A stretch of 64,000 nt of DNA from Alphaproteobacteria bacterium (GTDB lineage Bacteria; Pseudomonadota; Alphaproteobacteria; Bin95). Position 1 is the first letter of the stretch. Each line of letters starts with the position of its first letter. The translations under genes were made by a program, and so were the position numbers. The DNA lies in the NCBI GenBank assembly GCA_964291285.2, contig OZ219789.1, positions 96,001 to 160,000 of the forward strand, in the 5' to 3' direction. Of this stretch, positions 56,732-64,000 are shown piece by piece. The notes under the pieces were generated by a model that was given only the letters and a program-made list of their open reading frames with translations, was not told the DNA's origin and ran no database searches.

Positions 56732-57670
56732 ATGGGCGCACGAGAGGGAAAAGCGGTCGAACGTCTTTCGCGACGGGTAGATGGCGGTGAGCGCACTTTG
56801 CGGTCATCTATTGCATGCGAAGGCATCGGCATCCATAGCGGCCGAAAAGTGCATCTGACACTCGGGCCGGCTCCTGCAGGGCATGGATTTGTCTTCCGGC
56901 GTCTCGATGTCGCGGGCGATTCCGGCGTTGTGCCGGCCAGATGGGATATGGTCTCCGATACGACCTTGTGCACAGTAATTTCAAATTGTGACGGCGTTGG
57001 CATTCACACGCCCGAACACGTTCTGGCGGCGCTTGCCGGCGCCGGGATCGACAATGCCACAATCGAGGTCGATGCGCCGGAATTGCCGATTATGGACGGC
57101 AGCGCGGACGACTTCACCTTCCTCATCGGTTGCGTCAGCATTCGGCCGCAGCCGTCCCGGCCCCGGCGCCGGATCGAGGTCCTCAAGCCCGTCCAGGTGC
57201 AGGACGGCGAAAGCTGGGCGCGGCTGCTGCCGTCGGACAGCTTCAAGGTCTCCTGCACCATCGACTACGACCACCCCCATGTCGGCGTCCAGCAGTTCGA
57301 TTTCGATTCGGCGCGGCAGACCTTCCCGGAGGCGGTGGGCCGGGCCCGCACCTTCGGGTTCCTGGACGAGCTGGAATGGCTGCGCGCGCAGGGTTATGCC
57401 AGAGGGGCCTCGCTGGACAACGCCGTCGCGATTTCGCCGAACGGCGTGATGAATGACGGCGGTCTGCGCTATCCCGAGGAACTGGCGCGCCACAAGGTGC
57501 TCGATGTCATCGGCGACCTTGCATTGGCCGGCGCCCCGATTCTCGGTGCATTCCAGGGCTACAGGTCGGGCCACCGGCTCAACAACATGGTGCTGCGCGC
57601 GCTCTTCGCCGATGAATCGGCATGGAGATGGGAAGGCGCCGGGACGGAGGCGCAGCGGGTCGTCGCCTGA
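56732..57670 (+). CDS. lpxC: UDP-3-O-acyl-GlcNAc deacetylase
   Basis: GIGIHSG, TPEHVLAAL...IDN, ELPIMDGSA, RARTFGF, HKVLD..GDL, GHRLN. Confidence 0.95.
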   Translation: MGAREGKAVERLSRRVDGGERTLRSSIACEGIGIHSGRKVHLTLGPAPAGHGFVFRRLDVAGDSGVVPARWDMVSDTTLCTVISNCDGVGIHTPEHVLAALAGAGIDNATIEVDAPELPIMDGSADDFTFLIGCVSIRPQPSRPRRRIEVLKPVQVQDGESWARLLPSDSFKVSCTIDYDHPHVGVQQFDFDSARQTFPEAVGRARTFGFLDELEWLRAQGYARGASLDNAVAISPNGVMNDGGLRYPEELARHKVLDVIGDLALAGAPILGAFQGYRSGHRLNNMVLRALFADESAWRWEGAGTEAQRVVA

Positions 57671-57736
57671 ACCTATGCTTCGGCGCCAGCATGGCATAAA
57701 CTGAAGCCTGCCCTTTCCCGTTGCCATGAGGATGCC

Positions 57737-58753
57737 GTGAGTCGGGCATACGGTCGTTCTTGGCGAAACATCGCTGCCGCCCTGCTCGCGGCCGCAATGC
57801 TGTCCGCGTGCAGTTCGAACGGCGGCGAGGAGTATGTGGAGCGGCCGGTCGAGGCCCTCTACAACAGCTCGATGGACGCGCTGCTGGCGGGCAATTCCGC
57901 ACTCGCCGCCCAGCGGTTCGACGAAGTCGAGCGCCAGCATCCCTATTCGGTCTGGGCGACCAAGGCGCAGTTGATGGGCGCCTATGCCCACTACCAGGCG
58001 GATGAGTATGACGAAGCGATCGCCGCGCTTGAGCGGTATATCCAGCTTCATCCGGGCAACCCGGACGTCAGCTATGCCTACTACCTGACGGCGATTTCCT
58101 ACTACGAGCAGATCTCGGATGTCGGACGCGACCAGGCCGTGACCCGCAAGGCCCGCGGGGCGCTGGAAGCGGTGGTGCGGCGTTTCCCGGGCAGCGATTA
58201 TGCAGACGACGCCCGCCTGAAACTCGACCTGACGCGGGACCATCTGGCCGGAAAGGAAATGAGCGTAGGACGCTTCTATCTCCGCCAGGGCCATTTGCTG
58301 GCCGCCATAAACCGGTTCCGCATCGTTGTGGAGGAATACCAGACCACGTCCCACGTGCCCGAAGCCCTGCACCGCCTTGCAGAGGCCTACACCGCTGTCG
58401 GGCTCGACGAGGAGGCGGTCCGGGTTGCCGCCGTGCTTCAGCACAACTATCCCGGCAATGAGTGGTATTCGGACAGCTACAACCTTGTCGAAAAAGGCGA
58501 AACCGCCCCGCAGGAGGATGCCGAAGGCGGCTGGTTCTCGCGCAACTGGAACGCCCTTTTCGATCCGGCGGCGGCGGTCGGCGGCGGCGCCGGGCGCGCA
58601 GACGAGCTGGCGAAGGAACTGGCCGAAACCAGGGCAGCCGAGGATGCGGAACTCATGGAACGCGCCCGGCTGATGGAGCGGGAGCGCGGCGGAGGAAAGA
58701 CCGGAGCGCCTCAGCCGCCGGCCAAGGCGCCTCCGGGAACTCCCAAGGGATAA
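57737..58753 (+). CDS. bamD: Outer membrane protein assembly factor BamD
   Basis: Lipobox MLSAC; VERQHPYS.WA; RDQ; LAGKEMSVGRFY; EALHRL.E.Y. Confidence 0.95.
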   Translation: MSRAYGRSWRNIAAALLAAAMLSACSSNGGEEYVERPVEALYNSSMDALLAGNSALAAQRFDEVERQHPYSVWATKAQLMGAYAHYQADEYDEAIAALERYIQLHPGNPDVSYAYYLTAISYYEQISDVGRDQAVTRKARGALEAVVRRFPGSDYADDARLKLDLTRDHLAGKEMSVGRFYLRQGHLLAAINRFRIVVEEYQTTSHVPEALHRLAEAYTAVGLDEEAVRVAAVLQHNYPGNEWYSDSYNLVEKGETAPQEDAEGGWFSRNWNALFDPAAAVGGGAGRADELAKELAETRAAEDAELMERARLMERERGGGKTGAPQPPAKAPPGTPKG

Positions 58754-58765
58754 CGCCCGGCCGCC

Positions 58766-63422
<4,657 letters not shown>

Positions 63423-63480
63423 CGAGCCCGGCTGCAATCCTGAATAAAGGGCTCATAACAGGAAGAGGAGGCGCCTGCCT

Positions 63481-63699
63481 TTGTCGAAAGAGGAAATGAT
63501 GGTCTTCGGTGGGACCGTGACCGAAAAGCTGCCGAACGCGATGTTTCGGGTGAAACTGGAGAACGAGCACGAAATCATCGCCCATACAGCCGGGAAGATG
63601 CGAAAATTCCGTATCCGCGTCATGGTCGGGGATCGGGTGGATGTCGAAATGACGCCCTATGACCTGACCAAGGGCCGGATCACGTTCCGCCACAAGTAA
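63481..63699 (+). CDS. infA: Translation initiation factor IF-1
   Basis: [29 protein letters not shown]. Confidence 0.97.
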   Translation: MSKEEMMVFGGTVTEKLPNAMFRVKLENEHEIIAHTAGKMRKFRIRVMVGDRVDVEMTPYDLTKGRITFRHK

Positions 63700-64000
63700 G
63701 CCCGAGCGAGACCGCGACAGCGCGTTCGAGCGCCGGCCAGTCCTTCGGGCGGCCGTCGGCTTCCGCCGGCTTCTCGACCAGCCGCGCCAAGCGCTCCGTC
63801 GCCACGAAATGCAGGCATGCGATCTCCGGCGCCGCCTGCTTGACCGAGACATGGTTGTTCGGCCCGTCATCGACGAAGACGGCGGGACCGCCGGCGTGCG
63901 CGGCAAGCCAGGCGGCCGCCGGCCCCTTGTCTCCCGTATTCACAACCACGGGGTAGGGCATCCGGTTCCGGGCAAGCGCCAGTCGGCGGGCATCGCGCTG
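63680..64000 (-). CDS. HAD-like hypothetical protein, C-terminal part (5'-truncated by window edge)
   Basis: NTGDKGPA...[16 protein letters not shown]-type motif IV. Confidence 0.65.
   Translation of the reverse strand, partial: QRDARRLALARNRMPYPVVVNTGDKGPAAAWLAAHAGGPAVFVDDGPNNHVSVKQAAPEIACLHFVATERLARLVEKPAEADGRPKDWPALERAVAVSLGLTCGGT

Overview
This is a very GC-rich chromosomal window from an alphaproteobacterium, judged from the fzlA-like GST, the lpxC-bamD-recN-ligA block, an FDH3-type formate dehydrogenase operon and GTTC-N7-GTTC SOS boxes. It holds about 58 CDS. I saw no rRNA, tRNA or CRISPR. Main blocks in order: uppP/fzlA; an acyl-CoA ligase + PanE2-like pair resembling the oxalyl-CoA route; a BVMO/esterase pair; a complete periplasmic formate dehydrogenase operon with a WD40-cytochrome c and maturation genes; a cpATP-grasp/alpha-E + transglutaminase + glutamate-cyclase-like run; a Tat amidohydrolase/YtkA-like/MauG-like triad; a co-oriented PrpD-acylase-GH3-Rieske-hypothetical-amidohydrolase run that looks like an AibH/PtmU3-type dinuclear oxygenase system; an intact IS1380 (18-bp IRs, 5-bp TSD); a PanB paralogue with altered metal ligands; cofC + LLM (F420); and lpxC-bamD-recN-ligA-infA. 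The most unusual signals are two orphan mobile-element-derived HTH genes (IS630-like and terminase-small-subunit-like), each behind an SOS-box-like promoter, with the second ending in 10-bp-phased CATGACA repeats; a 45-bp in-frame tandem array at the cofC 3' end; and two copies of a REP/MITE-like palindromic element. All calls come from motif recognition by eye. No database searches were run.
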